Assembly (NCBI GenBank): GCA_039932095.1
Contig: JBDTQR010000001.1
Coordinates: 16,558 to 80,557 of the forward strand
Length of the DNA stretch: 64,000 nucleotides
Direction: 5' to 3'
From: a bacterium
GTDB taxonomy: Bacteria > Pseudomonadota > Alphaproteobacteria > Rhodobacterales > Rhodobacteraceae
This document shows, piece by piece, positions 45,518-54,954 of the stretch (its first letter is position 1; every line of letters begins with the position of its first letter). A model generated the notes under the pieces. It searched no databases. It saw only the letters and a program-made list of their open reading frames with translations, and had not been told where the DNA came from. Made by a program: the position numbers and the translations under genes.

Positions 45518-46275
45518 TGGTTGCGCCTGAATTTACCGTGACAAAAGGCTCTGCCGGGTTAAGCGTTCTGAACCTGCGGAAAAGTTACAAGAAGCGTTTG
45601 GTGTTGCGCGATGTCTCGCTCGAACTGGGGCGTGGCGAGGTAGTGGCGCTGCTTGGGCCGAACGGTTCGGGCAAGACCACCTGTTTTTACGCGGTTGCAG
45701 GTCTGATCAGCCCGGAAAGCGGTCAGGTCCTGATCGATGGCCGCGATGTCACCAGCCTGCCGATGTACCGCCGCGCCCGTCTTGGCATCGGCTATCTGCC
45801 GCAGGAGGTGTCAATCTTTCGCGGTCTGTCGGTCGAGGATAACATCCTCGCCGTGCTGGAAATCGCCGAACCCGACCACCACAAGCGCCGCGAAAATCTT
45901 GAAGCCCTGCTGAACGAGTTTTCCATCACCCATATCCGCCGCGCCCCGGCGCTTGCCCTGTCAGGTGGCGAACGCCGCCGGGTAGAGATTGCCCGCTGTC
46001 TGGCCGCTGACCCGAAATACCTGCTGCTCGACGAACCCTTCGCCGGTGTGGACCCGATCGCCGTCGGAGAAATCCGCCATCTGGTGCAGACCCTGAAGAC
46101 CCGCGGCATCGGCGTGCTGATCACCGACCACAATGTCCGCGAAACCCTGGAAATCGTCGACCGCGCCTATATCCTGCACGACGGCAAGGTGCTGATGACC
46201 GGCACCACCGATGAAATCATCCGCGACGAAACCGTGCGCCGGGTCTATCTCGGCGAGAATTTCCGCATCGTTTGA
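45517..46275 (+). CDS. lptB: LPS export ATPase LptB
   Basis: GPNGSGKTT, LSGGERRRVEIAR, DEPFAGVDP and VRRVYLG. Confidence 0.97.
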   Translation: MVAPEFTVTKGSAGLSVLNLRKSYKKRLVLRDVSLELGRGEVVALLGPNGSGKTTCFYAVAGLISPESGQVLIDGRDVTSLPMYRRARLGIGYLPQEVSIFRGLSVEDNILAVLEIAEPDHHKRRENLEALLNEFSITHIRRAPALALSGGERRRVEIARCLAADPKYLLLDEPFAGVDPIAVGEIRHLVQTLKTRGIGVLITDHNVRETLEIVDRAYILHDGKVLMTGTTDEIIRDETVRRVYLGENFRIV

Positions 46276-46303
46276 ACTTGATGCAGGTTCTGCGACAGGT
46301 CTG

Positions 46304-46332
46304 TTGACAAGTGCCCCCCTCCATCCCCAAAT
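46304..46332 (+). promoter_or_regulatory. Possible sigma70 promoter for hpf
   Basis: TTGACA-17 nt-CCAAAT. Confidence 0.4.
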
Positions 46333-46509
46333 GTAAGGGATGAGAGCGTCAATCGCCCAGCCTACCAGACTCACGCAGCGCCTGTCGGGCTGCGCCGTCG
46401 GTTGCGGGAATACCTTGTTAACCAATTCCTTACCCCTATCCTTACATCGTAACGTCGACCCGTGCGCCCTTCGGCGCCCGGTTTAGCAAGTCCGCTCAAA
46501 GGAGGCATC

Positions 46510-47085
46510 ATGCGCTACCAGATCAGTGGTAAACACATCGACATCGGAGAGGCCCTGCAGACCCATGTGAAGGCAGAACTGGGTGAGATCGTTGATAAAT
46601 ATGCCCAGCGCCCGACCGATGCCATCATCGTGTTTTCAAAATCCGCCCACGAGCATGTCTGCGAGGCTGTCATCCACCTGTCCACCGGACTGACCGCGCA
46701 GGCCAAGGGCCATGCCACTGAAATCTACCCCGCTTTCGAATCCTGCCGCGAGAAGATGGACAAGCAGATGCGCCGCTACAAACGCCGCCTGCGCAACCAT
46801 CACCGCGACCGCACGTCACCTGTTGAGTTTGAACAAAGCCCGTCCTATATCCTCGCCCCAACACAGGAACCCGAAGAAGGCGACACTGATACACTGGCAC
46901 CGGTTGTTGTTGCAGAGATGGAAACAAAGATCCCATCGATCACCGTAGGTGAGGCAGTCATGCAACTGGAGTTGGCAGAACAGCGGTTCCTGGTGTTCCG
47001 AAATGAAGGACATGGCGGCGTTAACGTGGTATACAGGCGGGATGACGGGAACATTGGTTGGATCGACCCCCGCAATAGCAAATGA
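46510..47085 (+). CDS. hpf: Ribosome hibernation promoting factor (long HPF)
   Basis: MRYQISGKHIDIG, KQMRRYKRRL and VNVVYRRDDGNIGWIDP; GGAGG RBS. Confidence 0.95.
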   Translation: MRYQISGKHIDIGEALQTHVKAELGEIVDKYAQRPTDAIIVFSKSAHEHVCEAVIHLSTGLTAQAKGHATEIYPAFESCREKMDKQMRRYKRRLRNHHRDRTSPVEFEQSPSYILAPTQEPEEGDTDTLAPVVVAEMETKIPSITVGEAVMQLELAEQRFLVFRNEGHGGVNVVYRRDDGNIGWIDPRNSK

Positions 47086-47123
47086 AAGCCTGGCATAACG
47101 GGTGAGCAGGTAAGCAAGGGCGT

Positions 47124-47588
47124 ATGGAACTTTCAAAACTGCTGAACCCCGGCGCTGTCCGGGTGGTGGGTCAATTGACCGGCAAGAAGCGACTTTTCCA
47201 GGAATTGGGAGAAATCGCCGCTCAAACTTATGGGCTGAACGCCTCGGTTGCGACCGATGGCTTGCAGGAACGCGAAAGCCTTGGGCCGACCGGGGTGGGT
47301 CATGGCATCGCCCTGCCGCATGCCCGGCTTGACGATCTTGATCAGATCGTCGCGGTGTTTTTGCGCATGGAACGACCTTTGGACTATGAATCGGTCGACC
47401 GTCAGCCGGTCGATCTGGTGTTCGGCCTGTTCGCGCCCAAGGAATCCGGCGTCGATCACCTCAAGGCGCTGGCTCTGGTCTCGCGTACCATGCGTGATCC
47501 GGGGATTTGCGCCAAACTGCGTGCCAACACCGACCCCGACAAACTGCATGCCATTCTGACCGCCATGCGCTCAAATCAGGCCGCATGA
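47124..47588 (+). CDS. ptsN: PTS IIA(Ntr)
   Basis: RESLGPTGVGHGIALPHAR phospho-His motif. Confidence 0.95.
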   Translation: MELSKLLNPGAVRVVGQLTGKKRLFQELGEIAAQTYGLNASVATDGLQERESLGPTGVGHGIALPHARLDDLDQIVAVFLRMERPLDYESVDRQPVDLVFGLFAPKESGVDHLKALALVSRTMRDPGICAKLRANTDPDKLHAILTAMRSNQAA

Positions 47589-47592
47589 ACCG

Positions 47593-49002
47593 TCATTCGG
47601 CCCAGTTGCCAAACCCGTAAGCAGTGTAGTCCTTGCCATAGGCTTCCCGCGCCGCGGCCTCGATCGCGGCGGTGTAGACGCTGGCCAATTCAAACGGATA
47701 GACTTCGGGTGATGGCGGCAGCGGGGGCATCTCCAGCCCGGCCTCGGCACAAATATACGCCAGCCCCGCTTCCAGCCGATCCTCCCGCAGCACATGATCC
47801 GGCGCCTGTACCTGGGCAAAGCCGTTGATCGTCGCCAGTTGCGTCGCGAAATGCGGCGGCGTGCGCAGTTCGGTCCGCCCGGCGTGGATATACTTGATCA
47901 ACTCCAGAAATACCGCGAACCCGGCCTGATGTTCGGCCGCCGTGTCAAAGCCCTTCTTCGCCTTCGGTGGCAGTTCAAACTTGTGCACCCGCTTCAGATA
48001 GGGCCGCAGCTCCGGCATCCATTCCTTTTGCAGAAAATCGCAATAGGCCGCATAAGCCCGCGCCACCGGATGGCGCAGCACGGTAAAGCTGCGCTGCCCC
48101 GGATGACCCTCCCGCCACCTGCGCAACGACTGCCGGTCAAACGTGGTGATCAGCCCGCCAAAGCTTTGCAGCCATTTGCGCAGTTGCAGGTCCGGCCCCG
48201 ATTTGACCGGTTGAAACAGCAGACCGACCGTTTCGCTCGCCACATAGCTGCCCACCGACCCCGGCCGCCGCGGTTCGAAATTCGGCGTGTGGTTCAGGTT
48301 GAACCAATCCATCCGCGCCAGTCCCTCGGCCATTTCGGCGGGATTAGAGACCTTTTCGGCAATCGGTTCCGGATTCTGTTTCTTGAACTTGTAGATCAGA
48401 TCGCTCAGCCGCCCTTCGACCCCAAGAAATGCCGCCAGTCCATTGATCACTTTCAGGTCCAGCACATCGTCATAGTCGATGTAATAGGCGGCCTGCCCGG
48501 TGACCTGCAGCCGGTTCAGCAGGGTCCTCTGAAACTCCTGCAACTCATCGATCCGGGTCTGAAACTCTTCCAGATCAAACGCCGGATGCACGGTTTTCAG
48601 ATGCTTGGTGTTGGCCAGCCACCACTGGTCGCTTTGCTTGGCGATCTTCCAGCTGATATAGCTTTCCAGCTGGTTGCGGGTCAGGATGATCTTGGCAACC
48701 GATGGATCATCGACCACCAGATTGAACAGCCGCGGGTCGTGATCGTGGAAATAGCGAAACCCCGGCAGGCCCTTCGTCTGGTCGCGCATCACCCGCAGCA
48801 ACTGCGCGGGATCGGCATTGCGCTGGTCCAGCGTCACACCCAGAAGTTCCGTCTTGCCCTCACCACCCAGAAAATACGGGTTGAACGCCTCGCCATGGCA
48901 AACCACCCCCGGTATCGCATTCAGGTTGGATTCGAGGAAGTTCGACCCCGTCCGCATTTCTGCAAAGACGACGAAAGATTGAAACTTCGGCTTCACCATC
49001 AA
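47593..49002 (-). CDS. Two-domain PAPS-dependent sulfotransferase (NodH/Stf0-like)
   Basis: N-terminal MRTGSNFL 5'-PSB motif and ILTRNQLESYIS; second unit with VLRHPVARAYAAY. Confidence 0.82.
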   Translation of the reverse strand: MMVKPKFQSFVVFAEMRTGSNFLESNLNAIPGVVCHGEAFNPYFLGGEGKTELLGVTLDQRNADPAQLLRVMRDQTKGLPGFRYFHDHDPRLFNLVVDDPSVAKIILTRNQLESYISWKIAKQSDQWWLANTKHLKTVHPAFDLEEFQTRIDELQEFQRTLLNRLQVTGQAAYYIDYDDVLDLKVINGLAAFLGVEGRLSDLIYKFKKQNPEPIAEKVSNPAEMAEGLARMDWFNLNHTPNFEPRRPGSVGSYVASETVGLLFQPVKSGPDLQLRKWLQSFGGLITTFDRQSLRRWREGHPGQRSFTVLRHPVARAYAAYCDFLQKEWMPELRPYLKRVHKFELPPKAKKGFDTAAEHQAGFAVFLELIKYIHAGRTELRTPPHFATQLATINGFAQVQAPDHVLREDRLEAGLAYICAEAGLEMPPLPPSPEVYPFELASVYTAAIEAAAREAYGKDYTAYGFGNWAE

Positions 49003-50700
49003 TCACTTCACCAGATAGGGGCGGCCGCGGCGCGACGCCGTTGGGGTCGGGTCCTCACCCGTCGGGAAATCGCCCATCAGTGTGGGCTGCATCCCCTGAT
49101 TGCGCAGGTTCTGCAGGAATTGGCCAAAGCCTTTCAGGTCGGCCAGCCGCGGTGCCTCGGTCAGCCGGCGCAAGGACCGCGGGCTGATCTCGTCAATGAT
49201 GCTCTGCAAAGGCTCCATCGGGTTTTCGACAAACTCTGCCAGCGTCCAGATCCGCACCCGGGCCTTGGTCCAGGGGCTGCGCAGAACGGCAAGATGCTCG
49301 GCCTCGATCTTCTGCAAGCGCGCCGCCTCACGGCGGATATCACCAAAATTCTGGTTGGAATGGAACAGCGGGATGATCCACGCCCCCGAAATCGCCGAAA
49401 CCTGCGCGTTCGGATCCCCCGATATGAACCAGGAGATATCCTGCCGGTCGGCAGGCCCGAACTGAAAGCACTGCCGCTCGCCCCGTGTGTTCCAGATCAG
49501 GTTGGTCAGAAAATTTTTCGGCGCATAGTCCCGCATCTTGGCGCTGTCCGACATCGCCCCGTTGAAAACCGTCTCGCCGCCGGCAAACTCCACCCGCTCA
49601 GGCCGGTACAGATGGCCATGGGCGCGGGTCCCGGCAACCTTGCCCAGCCAGGCCTCAAAATTCTCGAACAGTTCGGAAAAACCTTCGAACACCGAATAGG
49701 GCGCCGCCGTGCGGCCATTCTCGCGGTTTTCATTCGGCATCCGGCTTTGCATATACAGCCCCGGCCGCCCCTTCACCCGCCGCTCGACCGCTTTGGAGAA
49801 TAGCCGGTCGATCTTGCCCGGATTGGGCTCTGCCGTGGCCTGCCCAGCCGCATCACCGAACAGGAAGTTCTGATACAGTTTCTCCGCCTGCGGCCAGATC
49901 TTGCGCGCCACAAAGCAATCCGACCGCCGCAGCAACTGCAGATGGTCGTCATAGAAAATATGCGGCTTGCCCTGAAAGTCGAATTTCGACAGCGTCAGCG
50001 ACCGGCTTTCGACATTGCTGGAAAACTGCCGCACCATGGTCTGGAAATAGCTTTCATCCGGAATCCACACCCGGCGGAAATAGCGGTCATTGTCGGCCCG
50101 GTCCGGGCTTTCAAGGATCGCCGACAAGGTCTGCCGCGTCAGGCACCACCACTGACTGCCCAGATGCGGCACCAATCCGTCCGGCACTTTCCGCTTGTAA
50201 CCGATCCGGCGCTGCATCCGGACATAGCCGTCAAACAACTTGCGCTGCCGCCGCCAGCTGAACGGAAACCGCAAGGTGAACCGCTCGACATCCAGGCCGC
50301 CGATGGTCCAGCCGACATCCTCGGTCGTCACACTTTCGATGAAATCGACCCGTGGCCTGGTGGCCAGATAAGTCTTCAGATCCTCCACCGGACGCAGCGG
50401 CAGACACGATCCCGAGGCCAGGAACACATGCCGCACCTCGGGAAAATCGCGCAGCATGATGGTCGATGCCGCCTGCGTGGCCGCCACAATCCCCCAGGTG
50501 CCCCAGTCACAGGCAAACCGCCCGGAAAACCGCACATTGCCCAGATCGGCCAGATCGGCCATCAGCTTGTCATAAGCCGGCTTTTCCACCCGCTTGTCGA
50601 CATGGATGACCACCGGACAGTCACGTTCGGCCCAATGCCGGGCAACATCGGCGGCGCGGTCCAGTGCCGTGTGGCACAGCATGACGAAGCCAACGCTCAC
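49003..50700 (-). CDS. Core-2/I-branching (GT14-like) glycosyltransferase with a C-terminal extension
   Basis: FVMLCH, IHVDK, FLASGSCLPL, GSQWWCLTR and IPDESYFQT. Confidence 0.8.
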   Translation of the reverse strand: MSVGFVMLCHTALDRAADVARHWAERDCPVVIHVDKRVEKPAYDKLMADLADLGNVRFSGRFACDWGTWGIVAATQAASTIMLRDFPEVRHVFLASGSCLPLRPVEDLKTYLATRPRVDFIESVTTEDVGWTIGGLDVERFTLRFPFSWRRQRKLFDGYVRMQRRIGYKRKVPDGLVPHLGSQWWCLTRQTLSAILESPDRADNDRYFRRVWIPDESYFQTMVRQFSSNVESRSLTLSKFDFQGKPHIFYDDHLQLLRRSDCFVARKIWPQAEKLYQNFLFGDAAGQATAEPNPGKIDRLFSKAVERRVKGRPGLYMQSRMPNENRENGRTAAPYSVFEGFSELFENFEAWLGKVAGTRAHGHLYRPERVEFAGGETVFNGAMSDSAKMRDYAPKNFLTNLIWNTRGERQCFQFGPADRQDISWFISGDPNAQVSAISGAWIIPLFHSNQNFGDIRREAARLQKIEAEHLAVLRSPWTKARVRIWTLAEFVENPMEPLQSIIDEISPRSLRRLTEAPRLADLKGFGQFLQNLRNQGMQPTLMGDFPTGEDPTPTASRRGRPYLVK

Positions 50701-50713
50701 CCCACCAGCCCTT

Positions 50714-51724
50714 TCATGCCCAGTTGCCTTTCGACATCAGTCCCAAAATCTCCAGCTGCCGCCAATTGATATACTTTTCGCTGAACTTGCACCACAAATC
50801 CGGCTGCGTGGCCAGCGACTGTTCGTAGGCGATGTATTCCTGACTGTTGGCATAATGCTGACCGCGCGTCATCTCTTCCGCCGCCTTCACGGCAAACGTA
50901 TCCAGAAATTTGGCATGCAACAGACAGCCCGAGGCTTTTTCGCCGCCCCATTCATCGAACACCAGATTCAAACCGCGCGGCAACAGCATGTGGGTCGAAC
51001 TGACATAGGCATAGGACCGGTCCCAGTTCACCAACGGAATCTTGTTCAGCGCCGGCGCACTATAGGGGTTGTCGGGGAAGAACTTCCGCGCTCGCGGTCC
51101 ACCTTGAATCCACAGATTGCCGTTCCAGTAGTTGCGCTGCAACGTGTAGTTGCCGCTGTCGAACCACTGGGCAATCTCGAACGGATTCTGCCCCTCGTGA
51201 TAGGGCCGCGCCTGAATCGGCCCCTTGGGATACATGTCCAGCAGCATCGCCGAAAATGACCTGACCGACGATGCATCCAGCCAGTCGGTCAGCGCGCGCA
51301 AGGGCCGGGTCTCGCAGAACGGATAGACCAGAAACTCATCGACATCGACCGTCAGGCACCAATGCTTGTGGCAGTATTTGCGCTGCAGATGGGTCAGCCA
51401 ATCGACACCAAACCGCGACGCCTTGTAGCTGGCCGTCGTGGTCCAGACCGACACATCCGGCTGTTCGGCCAGATATTCGCGGGTGCCGTCGTCGCTGTTG
51501 TTGTCGACAAACAGAAAGTGGTCGACGCCCAGGTCCCGATAATACCGCATGAAAAACGGCAGCCGGATCCGTTCGTTGCGGATGGTTGACAGCAAAATGA
51601 TGGCGTTCGGCGCAATTTTCTTGCTGCGGTCGGCAACGGCTCGCAACTCGCGACGCCGCAGAAAAGCGCGATAATGGGCCCGACGCCGTCTGGCGCGCAG
51701 TCTGATTGCCCCGATGATACTCAC
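50714..51724 (-). CDS. GT2-like glycosyltransferase (Glyco_tranf_2_4 type)
   Basis: IRNERIRLPFF, FVDNNSDDGT and WCLTVDVDEF. Confidence 0.9.
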   Translation of the reverse strand: MSIIGAIRLRARRRRAHYRAFLRRRELRAVADRSKKIAPNAIILLSTIRNERIRLPFFMRYYRDLGVDHFLFVDNNSDDGTREYLAEQPDVSVWTTTASYKASRFGVDWLTHLQRKYCHKHWCLTVDVDEFLVYPFCETRPLRALTDWLDASSVRSFSAMLLDMYPKGPIQARPYHEGQNPFEIAQWFDSGNYTLQRNYWNGNLWIQGGPRARKFFPDNPYSAPALNKIPLVNWDRSYAYVSSTHMLLPRGLNLVFDEWGGEKASGCLLHAKFLDTFAVKAAEEMTRGQHYANSQEYIAYEQSLATQPDLWCKFSEKYINWRQLEILGLMSKGNWA

Positions 51725-51935
51725 GCGTCGCCCCCGTTGCCGCCCTGTTTGCTACGCCTTTCCATCAAATACGCGTCAAACCTTGACGAATCCTTGATCT
51801 CATCACTGTGGCGCAGTTACCCATTCCGAATTGGCGGTCTTTGCTTGCTCTTTTCGCACAATCTACCTTCAATTCTAGGAATTACATCAGGTTATGTAAA
51901 CATTTCCGCCAAATTTGCCGACCGTTGCCAGAAAA

Positions 51936-53060
51936 TCAGACCCACCCGCCACGCGACATCAGACCCATCGCCTCCAGCTGCCGCCAACCGGTGTAGAATT
52001 GCGACTGCGGGCACCACAGATCCGGGCTGTCGATCAGGCTGCGATAGTAATCCTCATACAGCGCCGAGTTGTGGAAATGCTGCTTGCGCCCCCGCTCCTC
52101 CACTGACTTTTCCACCACCACCGGCAGGAATTTGGTGTGCAGCAAAATCCCGGTCAGCCGCTCGCCGCCCGTCTCGTCAAAAATCGCGTTCAGCTTGCGT
52201 GGCAACGCGGCATGGGTCGAGTTGACATAGACATAGCCGCGCTGCCAGCGCACCAGCGGCACCTTGTTCAACGTCGGCGCGCGGCGTGGATCCGTGGCAA
52301 AAAATACCCGCGCCCGTGGCCCGCCCTGAATCCAAAGGTTGCGCATCCTCGGCTGCACCCTGGTCACATAATTCCCGCTGTCAAACCACGGCATCACCTC
52401 GACCGGGTCTTGCCCAGCGGCATACGACTGCGCGGCAAGCGGTCCCTTGGGATACAGATCCAGCATCATCGCGCCGAAAGACTCCTGGCCTTGCGCGTCC
52501 AGTTCCGCCGTCAGGGCGCGCAGATCGCGGCTCTCGTGATAGGGGTAGACCAGAATTTCATCGGCATCCAGCGTCAGGCACCAATGGCCCGGCCCATGCT
52601 GCCGTTGCAGCCATGTCAGCCAATCCAGCCCGAATCGAGACTGTTTGTAGCCGTCCAGGGTCGTCCATAACGATACATCCGGTTGCGCTTTCAACCAGTC
52701 GACACTGCCATCCTCACTGCCATTGTCGACCACGATGAAATGATCGACCCCCAGCCTGCGGTGATGGTCCAGAAAATACGGCAGCCGCAGACCCTCATTG
52801 CGCACCGTCACAAAGGCCAGAATCGCCCGATCGTCGATCTCCGAAGTACGGTCCACCACCATCCGGACCTGCCGCCGCTTGCGAAAGGCCCGCGCCAACA
52901 GACGCAACCGCGACCAGCGCAACCGATAGGCCCGCCAGGTCTCAAGGACCGACGCTTCCGCCTCGGTCAACTCGCCGATGGAAACCGCATGGGGCAACCG
53001 AACCGGGCCCAGAACGCGCCGCATCACGTCATGCAGATACGTCCCAAGCCCAAGGGCCAC
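51936..53060 (-). CDS. GT2-like glycosyltransferase, paralog of the neighbouring gene; start uncertain
   Basis: VRNEGLRLPYF, VVDNGSEDGS and WCLTLDADE. Confidence 0.88.
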   Translation of the reverse strand: MALGLGTYLHDVMRRVLGPVRLPHAVSIGELTEAEASVLETWRAYRLRWSRLRLLARAFRKRRQVRMVVDRTSEIDDRAILAFVTVRNEGLRLPYFLDHHRRLGVDHFIVVDNGSEDGSVDWLKAQPDVSLWTTLDGYKQSRFGLDWLTWLQRQHGPGHWCLTLDADEILVYPYHESRDLRALTAELDAQGQESFGAMMLDLYPKGPLAAQSYAAGQDPVEVMPWFDSGNYVTRVQPRMRNLWIQGGPRARVFFATDPRRAPTLNKVPLVRWQRGYVYVNSTHAALPRKLNAIFDETGGERLTGILLHTKFLPVVVEKSVEERGRKQHFHNSALYEDYYRSLIDSPDLWCPQSQFYTGWRQLEAMGLMSRGGWV

Positions 53061-53063
53061 GAA

Positions 53064-53978
53064 TTATTGCGCCGCTTTTTGCAGCGCGACCATGTCGTTC
53101 AGATAGGCCGAAAACTCTTCGCGCAGATCCGGCCGCGCCAAGGCAAAGGCCACCGTCGCCTGCAGGAATCCCGGCTTGGTGCCGCAGTCATAGCGCTGGC
53201 CCCGGAAACGGAACCCGAACACCTGACCCGGCGTCTTCGCCTCTTCGGCAATCGCGTCGGTCAACTGGATTTCTCCACCAGCGCCTTGCCGCATCCGGTT
53301 CAGGTTCGTCATGACCTTCGGTGTCAGGATATAGCGTCCGATCACCGCCAGATTGGACGGCGCCTCGGCCGGCTTCGGCTTTTCAACCATGCCTTTGACG
53401 CTCAGCACCGACCCCTGCTCCTCGGCCACGTCCAGCACGCCGTAAAGGTTGGTCTTGTCGGTCGGCACTTCCATCGCGGCGACCATATTGCCGCCGGTTT
53501 CGGCATAGGCCTCGATCATCTGCTGCAGACAGGGTTTCTCGGCAGCGATCACGTCATCCGGCAGCAGCACCGCAAAAGGTTCGTTGCCGATCAAACGCTT
53601 GGCGCACCACACCGCGTGGCCCAGACCCAGGGCACGATTTTGCCGAACATAGGCAATCGCACCCGAATCCATATTGGTATCACGCAGAATTTCCAGCAAA
53701 TCATCCTTGCCAGCCCGCCGCAGCGCCGATTCCAGTTCGGGTGAGTGGTCGAAGTAGTCTTCCAGCGCGGATTTGCCCCGCGCCGTGACGAAGATGAACT
53801 CCTTGATCCCGGCTGCACGCGCCTCGTCGATGGCGTACTGGATCAACGGCCGATCCACCAAGGTCAGGATTTCCTTGGGAATTGCTTTGGTGGCCGGCAG
53901 AAAGCGTGTGCCCATTCCGGCAACCGGAAAGACGGCCTTGGTGACCTTCTTGATCTTCGCGTTATTTGTTCTCGGCAT
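53064..53978 (-). CDS. galU: UTP-glucose-1-phosphate uridylyltransferase
   Basis: AVFPVAGMGTRFLPATK, GLGHAV, LLPDD and GEIQLTDA. Confidence 0.97.
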   Translation of the reverse strand: MPRTNNAKIKKVTKAVFPVAGMGTRFLPATKAIPKEILTLVDRPLIQYAIDEARAAGIKEFIFVTARGKSALEDYFDHSPELESALRRAGKDDLLEILRDTNMDSGAIAYVRQNRALGLGHAVWCAKRLIGNEPFAVLLPDDVIAAEKPCLQQMIEAYAETGGNMVAAMEVPTDKTNLYGVLDVAEEQGSVLSVKGMVEKPKPAEAPSNLAVIGRYILTPKVMTNLNRMRQGAGGEIQLTDAIAEEAKTPGQVFGFRFRGQRYDCGTKPGFLQATVAFALARPDLREEFSAYLNDMVALQKAAQ

Positions 53979-54050
53979 TTGCACCACTCGGGGAAGTTTT
54001 CAATCGGTTATACACTTAGCTTGACCTTCTAACATAACAATCTGGGCAAA

Positions 54051-54069
54051 TCATGGCATGGTTAAAAAA
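54051..54069. promoter_or_regulatory. CtrA-like site upstream of galU, matching the motA site
   Basis: TCATGGCATGGTTAAAAAA; 16/19 identical to 14191-14209. Confidence 0.45.
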
Positions 54070-54165
54070 TGTGACGATCATTCGCTGAATATTCCGCCGC
54101 TCCGCTTAGCAATCGGTCAAGGAACCGGTTTTCGTCAAGGAAAATCGCGGATTCGGCCGCTCGGC

Positions 54166-54954
54166 TCAGCCCATTACCGCCATCATCGCCTCAATAACCG
54201 GCACATCCGACGGGTTGTTCAACTCCCAGAACTGCCGGCCTTTCGCCTGTACCTCAACGCACAGAACCTGCCGTCCCTGCTCAAGAAATCGCAACTGCTC
54301 CAGCCCTTCCAGCCGCTCCAGCGGCCCCACCGGCCAGGTGGCATAGGCGGTCAGTGCCGGCGGTCGGAAGGCATAGACCCCGACATGGTGAAACACCGGC
54401 GTTGCGGCATCATCGGCATAGGTCTTGCCGGTAAAGGGAATCACTTCCTTTGAGAAATACAGGCCCCGCATCGCCGCACCAAACACCGCCGTCGTGCCGC
54501 CTACCCGCCCCGCCCGGCGATCCTCCAACAGGCCGTTCAGCATCTTGCCATCGCAGCGCAGCACCGGCGTCGCAATGTCCGCCGCCGGATCGCCCAGCAA
54601 TCCCGCCACCAGATCCTCGACAAACCATGCGGGCGTCAACGGCGCGTCGCCCTGCAGGTTCACGATCACCTCGTGTCCCGGCAACAGCGCCGCCACTTCG
54701 GCACAGCGCTCAGTGCCGTTCTGACAGTTGGAACTGGTCATCACCACCTCGGCACCGAACCCGGCGGCATGTCCGGCAATCCGGTCGTCATCGGTCGCAA
54801 CCACCACCCGGTCAACTCCCCTGACCGTCATCGCCGCCTCCCAGGATCGCTGGATCAACGTCTTTTCACCATCCGGACCTTTAAGCGAGACCAAGGGCTT
54901 GCCCGGATAGCGCGTGCTGGCAAAGCGGGCGGGAATCGCGATCAGGACGCTCAT
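54166..54954 (-). CDS. kdsB: CMP-Kdo synthetase
   Basis: IPARFASTRYPGKPL, NGTER, VNLQGD and LEGLEQLR. Confidence 0.95.
   Translation of the reverse strand: MSVLIAIPARFASTRYPGKPLVSLKGPDGEKTLIQRSWEAAMTVRGVDRVVVATDDDRIAGHAAGFGAEVVMTSSNCQNGTERCAEVAALLPGHEVIVNLQGDAPLTPAWFVEDLVAGLLGDPAADIATPVLRCDGKMLNGLLEDRRAGRVGGTTAVFGAAMRGLYFSKEVIPFTGKTYADDAATPVFHHVGVYAFRPPALTAYATWPVGPLERLEGLEQLRFLEQGRQVLCVEVQAKGRQFWELNNPSDVPVIEAMMAVMG

Noticed and set aside
47593-49002. Nod-factor synthesis (NodH)
   Set aside because: No nodABC; the context is surface-polysaccharide genes
51882-51899. PpsR/CrtJ site
   Set aside because: Half-site orientation is opposite to TGT-N12-ACA and there are no photosynthesis genes nearby
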